Shown here: positions 14,570 to 27,084 of the stretch, piece after piece
Layout: every line of letters starts with the position of its first letter
Position numbering within the stretch: position 1 is the stretch's first letter
Assembly (NCBI RefSeq): GCF_009914755.1
Contig: NC_060926.1
DNA: 64,000 nucleotides
From: the human T2T-CHM13v2.0 reference genome, Homo sapiens
Direction: 5' to 3' (one strand)
Made by a program: the position numbers and the translations under genes
Notes under the pieces: model-generated
Told to the model about the DNA's origin: nothing
The model's database searches: none
What the model saw: the letters and a program-made list of their open reading frames with translations, nothing else

Positions 14570-14720
14570 AGGAGACTTGAATTCTGATCCTGCCTAGCTC
14601 TGTGAGGTGGAACAGGGGACTGAACCCCACTGAACCTGTTTCTTCACCTGTAAAACAGACATTCTAAGTGTCACAGCATAGAATTATTGAGAATATTTAA
14701 TAAATTAACATCTATAAGTT
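14570..14720 (+). mobile_element. MIR
   Basis: 'gacttgaattctgatcctgcc...ctgtttcttcacctgtaaaac' MIR core. Confidence 0.65.
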
Positions 14721-15410
14721 GACTGGCTTAATATTTAGACTCCCTACCTTTAGCAAACAGAAATAGATCTTTGATAAAAATTTAAATAAATTGGAATTTA
14801 ATATCTTATTTTTAAACTTTTTTATGATTGAATGTATCTTTTTAAAGATACATCGTGTGTTTGTGGTTCAAAACGAAGATAATATTGGATGGTGTTTTTG
14901 TGTGTAAGTATTTATAGATATTCACATATGATCATACACACATAATTTTCATTAATAAATAGAAAAATAGTACCACTCAATAACTACTAAAGGCCTACCC
15001 ACGAATGACTTAATATTCCTTAATGATCACATCACATACTTGATGAGTTTGGACTGTGAAGTGTAAAATTTTATACCATAATATCTTCAGCCCCACTGAA
15101 AACACAGATAGCTCGCATCCTGCATCATGTGGTAGACAGCCTTCTCAGGCAGCTAACCCAAAATGGAGGCCATTGGCACTTCCGCAGGGTAGCAATTAGG
15201 AAGCCTCACTTTGCCGACAGGGATCACTGCTGGGTGAGTTTTGATTTTAAGTAATGCCAAACTAGGCCATCTACTCTAAAAAGCTATAACTAGTTATAGC
15301 TTTGTAGAAAATGTTGGAATCAAACAGAGCTGGTTTAGGAGCCTTGAGGTATTACTAGTTACTCAGTCTTGAGGATACTGCTTTATTTATCTGAGCTTCC
15401 ATTCCCTACT

Positions 15411-15915
15411 TGTGGTGGTTAATTTTACTTGTCAGCTTGACTGGGCTAAGGCATACCCAGAGAGCTGGTAAAGCATTATTTCTGGGTGTATCTGTGAGGG
15501 TGTTTCTGGGAGAGACTGGCATTTGAGTCAGTGGCTTGAGTAAGAAAGACCTGCCCTCACCCAATGTGGATAAGTACTATTCGATTCATTGAGGGCTCAG
15601 ATAAAACAAAAAGGCAGAGAAAAGGTGAATTCTCTCTTTCTTCTGGAACTGGAATACCCATCTTCTCTTGCCCTTGGACATCAGGACTCCAGGTTCTCTG
15701 ACCTTTGTACTCTGGGACAGCAGTTCACCCAGATTCTCAGGCCTTTGGCCCCAGACTAAGAGTTATAACATCAGTTCCCCTGGTTCTTAGGTCTTCAGGC
15801 TTAGATGGAGCTCTGCTACTGGCTCTCCTGGTTCGCCAGTGTGCAGATGGCATATCATAGGACTTCTCAGTCTCCATAATTACATGAGCCAATTTCCATA
15901 ATAAATCCCTTCTAG

Positions 15916-15961
<46 letters not shown>

Positions 15962-16032
15962 ATCTATCTATCTATCTACCTATTTGTCATCTCCTATTGG
16001 TTCTTTTTCTCTGGAGAACACTGACTAATACA
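15411..16032 (+). mobile_element. MLT2B-type ERVL solo LTR
   Basis: tgtggtggttaattttacttgtcagcttgactgggctaag ... ctctggagaacactgactaataca (TG...CA). Confidence 0.92.
15916..15982. repeat. Compound tetranucleotide STR (TCTA)11 TCA (TCTA)4 CCTA
   Basis: Read directly; lies in the variable tract of the MLT2 LTR. Confidence 0.97.
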
Positions 16033-16109
16033 CCAATCTATCAATAAGTGCCAGACTACTTGCTGAAAATAAAAATTGTGTTTCATCTTGTAACAATTCT
16101 CTCTTTGCT

Positions 16110-16495
16110 ATTTTTACTAAAACTGAACAGGTCTTCTTTAGGCTCCTTAAATATACTGAGCTCTTTTCCACCTCAGGACATTTGCAAACCTTCACCGTCA
16201 AGCTGGGAAAGCTCTTCCCCTCTCACCCATGGGCTTCATGAGGACTTCCTTATCTTTTGAATCAACTTAACCATTACCTTTTGAGAGGGGATCTTACTAA
16301 CCTCTCCTATTATTTTCTGTCTTATAACACTTGTCACAGTTTATAATAGTTTCCTTTGGTTTCATTGTAATTTGCACATCCAAATTCCTGAAATGTGGGT
16401 TTATTGAGGGGCTCTAGCTGTCTTGCCCATCACCATATTCTGAGTGTTTAGACAGTGCCTGTCTAGTTTTAACAGAAAGTGTTGAATGGATAAAT
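16110..16495 (+). mobile_element. L2 3' end
   Basis: 'cacctcaggacatttgca...acagtgcctg...gtgttgaatggataaat'. Confidence 0.65.
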
Positions 16496-18389
16496 TGGCA
16501 TTCACAGGGTTGTTGTACAGCTTAAATAAGATCATTTATGACATATTCTAAGTTCTTGATAAAGAAAATCTTTTCAAAAATTATTTTTAGGGGGAGAATT
16601 GGTATAAGGGACATCTAGCTCAATATGATAAAATAGCTGTTCTTGGGTTGCAAAAGCGAAGTATAGTAGGTCCACCACCTGCATAGAGCCAGAGTTATTT
16701 CTGACTCACTAATGGGCCAGCTAACAGAGAAAAATCCCCTCAAACAGACAAGGTGTTGCCCATTTGAAGATATTTCCAGATGTAGAAGCACTAGCAGCCC
16801 ATTTTCAAAGCTTTCATTTCCTAAAGAGCAGCCAGGACAAGGGGATAAAATGAGCATGTACGCAAAGGTAACATTTTCTTCACCAAACTCTGGGGATGGC
16901 AAAGTCGTAATTACAAATCTTGTTGTGCACCCCTTACAGAGGTTTGAGATTGGTGGGCTGTTCATCCTCCTTTTTATTAGTGCCAAAAAAGCTGTTTGAA
17001 TGGGACTAGTCTGTATTTTAAATTCAAACTACCATAATTTAACACCCATTGGAAAAATGTAGTTAAGCAATTAAGGGATATTTCTACTGTTTTTTTCCAG
17101 TTGATGACTCAAATCCAGGTCTCTTTAAATAAATCCAAGCAGACTATGAGAGGAAGGAAGGTTCTACAGATGCCTCCTTAAAATCGGAAATATTCCAATA
17201 AAAACCAATGATCTAACTACAAACTACTGCCAATTCTGTGTCACTGAGTCATCTTCCATTGGGAAGTGTTTGGATTTCATTAAGCTTTTAAGAATCGCAG
17301 GCTGATTTATTATTTTCTTTTTTATTTTCTTAGTGGGTTGTCATGAAACTTCACTTCATTAATATGAAGAATAAAGAACGAAATAAGCTATAATTTCCTG
17401 GAAGAGTACAGTAATGATGATAATAATAATTACTGAAGGCTCTCATATTTATTTATATCAACTGAACTCCAAGATGGTACCAAAATTATCCTGCAGAATG
17501 TTTAATCACTTTCTTCCTACTTCAACTTCTGATGTCTGCTCTCATTCTGATTTCCTGCAGCTTTTTTTTTTTTTTTCCTGTTATACTCAACCCACATCCA
17601 ACATCTAGGCTCAGCCTCCCTTCTAACACTGTTCAAATCATTAGTTTATTTCCATTTTTTGGATGGGATTTTTCTGATCACTTTCTTATTGTGCAATTTG
17701 TAAGGATACCATTATAAAAATCACAAGTAAATTCTGAGAGTGGATTAAATAAAAGTACATAAAGAAAATAAAATAAAGTTCCTTATTTCAGGATGATGAT
17801 CAAAGTGGAAAGTTTTAAGTACTACTTGAGTTTTTATGTTTTCTCTAATTAGGAAAGTCATTTTCTCTAAATGTCTTCAACTAATCTCTGCTACTGGTTC
17901 TCTAAATGGCCATGTGCCAATATCAGTACATACCTACTTTCTCAGTGACAAAAGATGCTAACTTAAATTTTTATACAATTTTGAGAAAATCCTCTGTAAA
18001 GTCCCTTTACCCAATAAATAAAGACCTCCAAGGGAAGCTGGCTGTGCCCCATAATCTAAACAGCCTAATTAATTACAGCCTCATGTCTTAGGAGTTGAAA
18101 AACTTACATTATGTTTTGTTGTTTTTTTTTTTTTTTGGTGTGCAACAGTATTACACATACTAGAAAGATTACTGCAGAGAATATGGAATGCATAAATGAA
18201 TGGAGCTTTCAATCCTTCATCAGCGAGGGCAACATGATTCAGATGAATGTTTAAGCTACTATTTTTCAAATGTTTTTAAAAGCATGACCCAAAGTAAGAA
18301 ATACATGTAATGTAGACCCCAACACATCCAGGCACACACATCTTGGCTGAAACGAAGGTTTTGTGAAATAATACCCTCACTGGATGTGA

Positions 18390-19900
18390 AATGTGAGTGT
18401 GCTTGTTGAGTTCAAGGAAAAACAAGGGGTCAGTGTGGTTGAAACATCAGGAGGGAAAGTGGTAGGTGGTGAAGTCAGAGGCATGAGGAGCCCAGGTCAT
18501 GGACGGTCTTGTAGGCCATCATGAGGTTTTTAGCTACTATTCCAGGTGTGGAATGGGCAGCTTCTGCAGGGTTTTTAGCTGAAGAGTCACACAGTATGAC
18601 ATGGTTTCAACAGGATCATCCTAGCTGCTATGTCCTGAGCAAACTGTAGGGGACTATGTAGTATGGAAGCCAGTAGAGCCGTTAGGAGGCTACTGTAATG
18701 AATAACACAGGTGAGAAATGACGGTCGTGGGGCCAGGACAATAGTGGTGAAAGAGATTTTTTTTAAACCCGGTCAGTTTCCTGATATATTGAGAAAGTAG
18801 AAACGCTTTGAGCGATCAGATGTGTGATATCAGAGAGGCATAGAAGTTAAGGATGGCTCCCAAGTTTGACCTGAGCCACTTGAAAGATGGGACACTATTT
18901 ACCAGGACTAGGAAGATAAAGGAGAGGCATATTTAGAGGAAGAAAAGAGTTTAAGATTGAGCTGCCTATCAGATATCCAAGTAAAGATGTCTGGCTGGAG
19001 GTCAGAAATGCTAGTCTCAGATTCATGAGAGAGGACCTGGCTCGTGCATACATTTGGGAGTTATCAAAGTATGCCAAAATTTAAAGAATCAGGACTAGAA
19101 ACTTCCAATCACCAAAGGAGTCAGCATCACTAAAAGTTCTATCTCAGTTCTGAGTTCTCCTGAAAACAATCCTAATATAAGGTGTTGAATGACTTTAATT
19201 TAACTGAGTGGCGGGAAACACAGGTGAGGAAGAGGGGAAGTGAAACAAGGAAAGGAAGCAAACCAATAAAAGGAATACAGGGGGCATTGATAAACTGGTT
19301 ACTACTTAGAGAAACTGGAGTTCAGTTCCACTGGGTACCCTCTGAGGAACTGTGTAGAGCACCCTGGAGAATTGTCCTGCCAAGAGATAAGAACTTTCAG
19401 TGTTTATCCACCAATTCCTAAATTCACCAGTTGAAGGATGCTCCTGAGGGTCTTAAGTAGCTGCTACTTTGAGGCTCCGAAGGAGCTGGAGGAAGCTTTT
19501 AGGCAGAGAAGCAGAGAAGTGGACCTGGGGACATGGGGCAGGGTATCAAAGTCTGAAGACTAAGCCTTGCTCTGTTGGGAGGTTCAGAACAGGAGGAGAA
19601 TTAATCAAAGGAGACTAAGAAGGAGAGGCGGTTGCAGTAGGAGGAACACTAGAAGAGTGTGGTGGATGGAAGTCAAGAAAAGTAATTCCAGAAGGGAATG
19701 GCAGCAAGACCTCATCATTGGCTTTTGCATCAGAGAATTTGAGAACTGTTTCATTGAGTGGGCCAGGATTAAGGCCCAACAGAAGTGGGTTGAAGAGGAA
19801 AAGAGAAGTTGCAACAGCTGGTGTGGACAACTTATTGGAGGCGGTTGCTGTAAAGAGGAGTGGAGAATAGGGAAGGAGGCTAGAGGGGTTGAAGGATATT
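18390..19900 (-). mobile_element. L2 fragment, interrupted by an LTR
   Basis: 'gtcttgtaggccatcatgagg...aggatcatcctagctgct...ttaggaggctactgtaa...caggtgagaaatgacgg' antisense L2 motifs. Confidence 0.75.
19140..19550 (-). mobile_element. LTR16-like ERVL LTR
   Basis: 'ggggaagtgaaacaaggaaaggaagcaaaccaataaaagg...ccctctgaggaactgtgtagagcacc...tttatccaccaattcc'. Confidence 0.6.
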
Positions 19901-20181
19901 CTTACTGTGAAATTCATACTAGTGTGGAAAGAAAAATTGAGCGCAGATTGATGTGTTCAAGACTTCTGACATAATTTCAAGGGCATGTACCTTTTGGCTT
20001 GGCTGTGCCATAATAAATAAATCTACCTCTAGAGTCTGTGACTTAAAGGCCTTGCATGCATCTTACTAATTGCCTTCTCTTCCTCTAAACCTGGGCCTTC
20101 CCTCCCCTAAACCTAACTAATAGGATCAAAATCACATTTAATACTGCTATTAAAAATTTTATTTTCAAAAAAATGTCATTT

Positions 20182-20478
20182 GGCCAGGCGTGGTAGCTCA
20201 CACCTATAATCCCAGCACTTTGGAAGGCTGAGGCAGGCAGATTATTTGAGGTCAGGAGTTCATGACCAGCCTGGCCAACATGGTGAAACCCTGTCTCTAC
20301 TAAAAATATAAAAATTAGCTGGCATGGTGCTGCATTCCTATAATCCCAGCTACATGGGAGGCTGAGGCAATAGAGTAGCTTGAACCTGGGAGGTGGACAT
20401 TAGAGTGAGCCAAGATCATGCCACTGCTCTCCAGCCTGGGTGACAGAGCAAGACTCTATCTCTAAGTAAATAAATAAA
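20182..20478 (+). mobile_element. Alu (AluS)
   Basis: Full dimer; TSD gtcattt. Confidence 0.96.
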
Positions 20479-21422
20479 GTCATTTTAACATGTAATAACT
20501 CAAGAGTTTGAATAACAATGGTTGTACTTATAAACTGACTTAGCAAGTATTTTTCAGGATATAGTAAAATGACATAAGACCTTTCATATAGATTTTAAAA
20601 CCACTGTGGGTGTGCACATGTGTTTATATGTGTGCGCAAAATGACAATTCCAAATACAGTTAAATAAATCCTAAATGAATAATCCATTTGTATTTCCTCC
20701 ATGTTATTTTTTTTTACTGCTATGCTTTTTATCTCTATTAATCAGTTTTACCAATTAACCATCTCTGATCACTATGAAGTGGGTTACAAATAATTTGACA
20801 TATCAGAAAGAAACTGCTCACAAGCCCTTGATGTTAAGATATATTGACGGTATGGGTGCTTACCTTGTAGGAAAAATGGAAAGTAGTGATATTACAGTCT
20901 AGAAGATTGTAAGAAAAATTGTTATGAGCTTGTGCAAAACATAAAAGGAGAAGCGTTGCTCAGAAGAAAAGCAAAGCCAAGGAACTCTTCATTCAAAACT
21001 TACATTTCATGTAGTTTTCCTTTAAAATGGCAATTCTCTTTTATACTGTTTTTGAATGAGGAACTTTTATAATGAAACTTAGAAGTGCCTAGGTTTTTAT
21101 GAGAGACAATGTTTATGTCCTACTTTCAAATGCCATCATAAAGATTTTCATATATATGTACAGATAATGTTCAACACCAAGCATATGTCTAACATGGATC
21201 TAATAAGATGATTCAAGTTCACCTTGCAATATAAAGGGTCATAAAAGATGAGTTAATTTACTCTTCAGTTCGAAATCTAATGAAACTAGTTAAGTAGAAA
21301 AGATATAACACCAGAATTGAAGCTGTGGTTACACCACAAATGAATGCCTTCCAGCATAATGGTTACATTAAAAATTAAACATTAGCCAGCGTCCAGATGT
21401 TAGATATTAATATTGGGGTGGA

Positions 21423-21466
21423 TGTGTGTGTGTGTGTGTGTGGGTGTGTGTTTGTGTGTGTGTGTG
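21423..21466. repeat. Interrupted (TG)n
   Basis: Read directly. Confidence 0.95.
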
Positions 21467-21528
21467 CATGCATGCATGCAAAAGTGTCCATGTAAAGCTA
21501 CTTAAAATGGTATATAATAAGTAATAGG

Positions 21529-21915
21529 TGTGATGGTTAATATTTAGTGTCAACTTGAGTGGATTGAGGGATAGAAAATATTGATCCTGGTTGTGTCTGT
21601 GAGGGTGTTGCCAAAAGAGATTAACATTTGAGTCAGTGAGCTGGGGAAGGCAGAGCCACCCTTAATCTAGTGGGCACAATCTAATCAGCTGCCAGCAAAT
21701 ATAAAGCAGGCAGAAAAACATGAAAAGGAAAGACGGACTTAGCCTCCCCACCTACATCTTTCTCCCATGCTGAATGCTTCCTGCCATCAAACAACGGACT
21801 CCAGGTTCTTCAGTTTTGGGACTCAGACTGGCTCTCCTTTCTCCTCAGCTTGCAGACAGCCTGTTGTGGGACCTTGTGATTGTGTAAGTTAATACTTAAT
21901 AAACTCCCACATATA

Positions 21916-21949
<34 letters not shown>

Positions 21950-22134
21950 CACACATATATATACACATACATATACATATATACACATATATACATATAT
22001 ACACATATATGTGTGTATATATATATATACATATAACCAGTTTCAGTCATATTCTGAGGTACTAGAGGTTAGGACTTCAACATATGAATTTTGGAGGAAC
22101 ACAACTCACCCATAACACTTGCCCTCCAAGGGTT

Positions 22135-22177
<43 letters not shown>

Positions 22178-22331
22178 ATGTGTATATATATGTGTATATA
22201 TACACATACCCATATGTATATATATGTGTATATATACACATACCCATATGTATATATATGTGTTATATATATAACACATATATATAACACATATGGGAGT
22301 TTATATATATGTTATATATGGGAGTTATATA

Positions 22332-22364
<33 letters not shown>

Positions 22365-22406
22365 TATATCCTATTTGTTCTGTCCCTCTAAGAGAACCCT
22401 AATACA
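21529..22406 (+). mobile_element. MLT2A (MLT2A2-like) ERVL solo LTR with an expanded internal tract
   Basis: tgtgatggttaatatttagtgtcaacttga ... tctgtccctctaagagaaccctaataca; perfect 5-bp TSD ATAGG (21524-28, 22407-11). Confidence 0.95.
21911..22368. repeat. Complex (TA)/(TG)/(CA) microsatellite containing a foreign insert
   Basis: Alternating purine-pyrimidine tracts either side of 22037-22138. Confidence 0.95.
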
Positions 22407-22579
22407 ATAGGCAAGTTCAGAAAGCAAATCACTACAAAGTTATACAAAATGGTGTATTAATTTAAAATCCAATTCTATTTTCTACTTTCCCTTAAAAATA
22501 TGTTGGGAGTACTTTTCCCTTTGCAGGGAATAAACAGTCTCCTTTAGAAGTCTGCTTTACATTTCCCATCTTGTCTAGC

Positions 22580-22925
22580 TGTGGCTGGCCCAAGGACCAA
22601 GCAGGTAATATACACGCATGAGGGCAGCAGGCAGGCATGCTCATGCAGACATTGCATACGTGATGGAGAGAGGTAGAGCTCCTTGACTCTACCCATTTCA
22701 AGCAGGCAATTACTACTCAGCTCCAGGTGATTTTTTTCCGAGACAGAGGATGTAAGACATTTTCCAATTTTTAAAGAGAAGGATCGCTCCTCCCTCTGAA
22801 TTTGGGTTATCATGTAAAATGCCTTAAACCTAAAATTTTGGCTCATTTTTTGAAGACATATTTCAGTCCAAACAAACCATATGTGGAGCAGATTTCACCC
22901 ACAGGCAGCCAGTTTGCAAACTCTG
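22580..22925 (+). mobile_element. MER102-like hAT relic
   Basis: 'ccaagcaggtaatata' and terminal 'cccacaggcagccagtttgcaaactctg'. Confidence 0.5.
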
Positions 22926-23074
22926 CTCTTTGCAGACAATACAAAGGCAGCAGAGTAAGCTTTGAGCCAGATTTTACATTCCTTGTGAACTGCCACAGAG
23001 TTTTAGTGCAGAAAACATTTTTTTTTTGTCAGCAGGGTTAGGAGAAAGGAATTTGAGGTTTATTAAATATTATA

Positions 23075-23230
23075 CATGCAAAGGCCTGGGGAGGAACACA
23101 GGGAAATCTTCTGGAGTGCTGGAAATGTTCTAGATCTTGATGATCTGGGTCATGACACAACTGTATCTATACATAAAAAGTCTTTGAGTTGCAGACTTAA
23201 GATTTGTGTACTTCACACACTTTATGTCAC
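23075..23230 (+). mobile_element. L1M 3' end fragment
   Basis: 'ttctggagtgctggaaatgttctagatcttgat...acttaagatttgtgtacttcac'. Confidence 0.75.
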
Positions 23231-23302
23231 ATGCTCAAAGTATATGCACATATGTAAACATGTTCAACATATGAATATATGCACACATATGCATGTATAT
23301 AT

Positions 23303-24500
23303 GTTCAAATATATATATTTAATATATATTTGATTCAAATATATTTAATATATATATTTGAATCAAATATATATATTGTATATTTGAATCAAATATATAT
23401 ATTTAATGTATATTTGAATCAAATATATATATTTAATGTATATTTGATTCAAATATATATATTTAATGTATATTTGATTCAAATATATATTTAATGTATA
23501 TTTGATTCAAATATATATTTAATGTATATTTGAATCAAATATATATATTTAATGTATATTTGAATCAAATATATATATTTAATGTATATTTGAATCAAAT
23601 ATATATATTTAATGTATATTTGAATCAAATATATATATTTAATGTATATTTGAATCAAATATATATATTTAATGTATATTTGAATCAAATATATATATTT
23701 AATGTATATTTGAATCAAATATATATATTTAATGTATATTTGAATCAAATATATATATTTAATGTATATTTGAATCAAATATATATATTTAATGTATATT
23801 TGAATCAAATATATATATTTAATGTATATTTGATTCAAATATATATATTTTATATATTTGAATCAAATATATATATTTTATATATTTGAATCAAATATAT
23901 ATATTTTATATATTTGAATCAAATATATATTTTATATATTTGAATCAAATATATATTTTATATATTTGAATCAAATATATATTTTATATATTTGAATCAA
24001 ATATATATATTTTATATATTTGAATCAAATATATATATTTTATATATTTGAATCAAATATATATTTTATATATTTGAATCAAATATATATTTTATATATT
24101 TGAATCAAATATATATTTTATATATTTGAATCAAATATATATTTTATATATTTGAATCAAATATATATTTTATATATTTGATTCAAATATATATTTTATA
24201 TATTTGATTCAAATATATATATTTAATATATATTTGAATCAAATATATATATTTAATATATATTTGAATCAAATATATATATTTAATATATATTTGATTC
24301 AAATATATATATTTTATATATTTGAATCAAATATATATATATCTTTGATTCAAATATATATATGTTTGAATCAAAGATATATATATTTGAATCAAAGATA
24401 TATATATTTGATTCAAAGATATATATCTTTGAATCAAATATATATATATCTTTGAATCAAATATATATATCTTTGATTCAAATATATATATATATTTGAA
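23303..24500. repeat. AT-rich palindromic minisatellite (about 40 units of 22-30 bp)
   Basis: Ten perfect 30-mers AATGTATATTTGAATCAAATATATATATTT at 23521-23820, flanked by variant units. Confidence 0.98.
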
Positions 24501-25207
24501 GAAACTACCAACTTTAAAACTGAGTGGCAACTTCGGTGTGGGAATAGATAAGACAATGACTTATTCTTTGGGGTGCACAGCTGAGTCAAAGCTAATCTAA
24601 GCAACGCCTGTGTCATATTCAGTGGAAACAAAAACAAAAGGTGAAAACTAGTGCTATGTAGTTGTCTCTAGTATATTCCCAGGCCATTCACTGCTAGTCT
24701 ACTCCTCCTTCAATCAAAGTGGAATTTCACTTACGACAAGTTTTAACTTATGCTCATGAGTCACGATGCACTACAGTATGATTAAGTGAAAGATAGACTT
24801 AGGAGACATTCCTTGAATGCTGGTAAAGAAGTTGTCTGACCCTCACACATGTCTACAAGAACCGGAGAACAGGAGAAGATTTGAGTGGGGTGAGATATCT
24901 AGGCCTGAGTATCCTTGTGAAGCATGCCGCTGTATCCTTGTGAAGCATGCTGTGGATGCTTCAGCCTCATCTGGGTGAGGATCCCTCTGGTGCATCAAGA
25001 AGCTTCTTTGTCATCCTCTTTCAGAGTGGAGGTGGGGTAGGGAGTGGATGGACACTGTGATCAGGTGCCTGTCTGCTCTAGGTGCAAGCCGTTGGAAATC
25101 AATCCTAGCACATTCCCAAGTAGCTGGGGTCTATAGTTGCAACTTGAATTCAGCCAACATTCATGAGCCTCTGTAGGGCATACAAAATGAGTGAGTGTAA
25201 TCTTTGC

Positions 25208-25986
25208 TGTATTCATTTTCTAGGGCTCCCATAACAAAGTACCACAAACTGGGTGGCTTAGAACAGCAGAAATAGATTGTGTAACAGTTCTGAGGACCAG
25301 AAGTCCAAAATCCAGGTGTTGGCATGGCCATGCTGCCTCCGAAGGCACTAGGGAAGAATCTGTTCCAAACCACTCTCCTAGCTTCTGGTAGTCCCTTGGC
25401 TTGTGGCAGCATAACACCAAGCTTCATGCAGCATTCTCCCTGTGTGCCTGCATATGTTCAAACTCCCCTCCTTTATTTTTTTAAGGACACCTATCATATT
25501 AGATTTAGGACCCACTCTATTCCAGTATGACCTCATCTTAACTCAACTAATTATATCTGCAATGTGCCTATTTCCACTTTTTTTTTTTTTTTTTTTTTTT
25601 TTGAGATGGAGTCTCACTCTGTCACCTAGGCTGGAGTGCAAAGGCACGATCTCAGCTCACTGCAACCTCCACTTTCTGGGTTTAAGCGATTCTCCTGCCT
25701 CAGCCTTCTGAGTAGCTGTGATTACAGCTGCACACCACCACACCTGGCTAATTTTTTTTGTATTTTTAGTAGAGACAGGGTTTCGCCATGTTGGCCAGGC
25801 TAGTCTCAAACTCCTGACCTCAAGTGATTTACCCATCTCAGCCTCCCAAAGTGCTCTGGGGTTGCAGGTGTGAGCCATGACACCTGGCCTGCAATGACCC
25901 TATTTCCAAATAAGGTCATATTCTGAGGTACTAGAGGTTAGGACTTCAACATATGAATTTTGGAGGAACACAACTCACTCATAACA
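25208..25986 (-). mobile_element. MLT1 (MLT1B/C-like) MaLR solo LTR, split by an Alu
   Basis: tgtattcattttctagggctcccataacaaagtaccacaaactgggtggctta ... cacaactcactcataaca; TSD tttgc/cttgc. Confidence 0.92.
25578..25889 (-). mobile_element. Alu (AluS)
   Basis: Antisense dimer; TSD tgcaatg...ctatttcca on both sides. Confidence 0.97.
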
Positions 25987-27084
25987 CTTGCCCTCAAAGG
26001 GTTTATAATTGAGTTAGAGAGAGAGGCATATATGTCACTAGAGTCTGTTAAAAATTACTAGTTACTTTGATGAGTTCATACTAAAATTCCTTTTCATAGC
26101 ATGGATTTTTCTGATGTTATCTACCTGCCAACTGTTAGTTGTACTTTTTGTCAGTGTGGTAATAAATAAATCTGGTTTATAGACACTTCAGTATTGCATT
26201 AATATTTCAACCATGACAAAAAGTTGAATAACAATACTATTATGAAGAATGTTATGTGCTTTTTTTATGACAAAAAAAATCAAAAAGCTTAAAAATGGAT
26301 TCCATTCAAGTAAGAAAGAGGGGAATAAACGCTATATTGATGAAAACATTGCATTTCAATTTATCACAGTGAAGAAGGCAAAGCATGCACTTTACTTAAA
26401 CTGTGTCTACATGACATGGTAGAGTGGGAATTCGGTGACTAGTTAAATAGCATCAGCTTAGACATCCATTTGGGTAACTCAAGCAGTAGGCAAACAGGGC
26501 AGATGTTTGAAAGAATTATCCAGACCATTAATTAAAGTACAGGTTTCAAAGAAGGGGACGTGGAAATTAGAGAGGTCAGTGAAGATGGTTTTGAGACTTT
26601 TCTTCCGCATTTTTCAGTTTAATAATGATTATCACAGAAATATAAACATCAGGAAAAGATTTCGATAAAGTTTAACACATAAAATAGAAAATTCCACGAG
26701 GAATTTTCTGCAGTGGAGGATTCGTATCATAGGAACATTGAAGGCAGATGCAAACCCCACCTGTGCCACTGTGAACATTAGGCCTATTCCTCAACTTCCT
26801 CCTATTATGGATGGCTTCCTACTAAGATGGAATTCAAATAATGCATCGTTCAAACATCCCTGCTTTGTGTTCTACAGAAAAAGCCTATTTGTTGCAAATT
26901 TTCTTGCAACTTGTGCTCAAATAGTAGTGTCATTAAAAATGGCTGATGGGGGGGCGGCGCTGCTATCTCAGATATTTCATCCTAAAGTATCAAAGCAAAG
27001 TTGTTTTTCAAACTCTTTATTTGTCCATATTGTTATTTTCTCTTACATGTGCTACTTCAAAACAAATACCAATCTGCTGATGAC

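Noticed and set aside
23279-24530. Periodic ORFs (e.g. 23491-23838, 23530-23889) and a CRISPR-like look
   Set aside because: These are translations of the 30-bp minisatellite. There are no unique spacers and no cas genes, and the context is eukaryotic.
24909-24950. 19-bp direct repeat gtatccttgtgaagcatgc (similar small duplications at 27424 and 48533)
   Set aside because: Ordinary short tandem duplications with no further structure.
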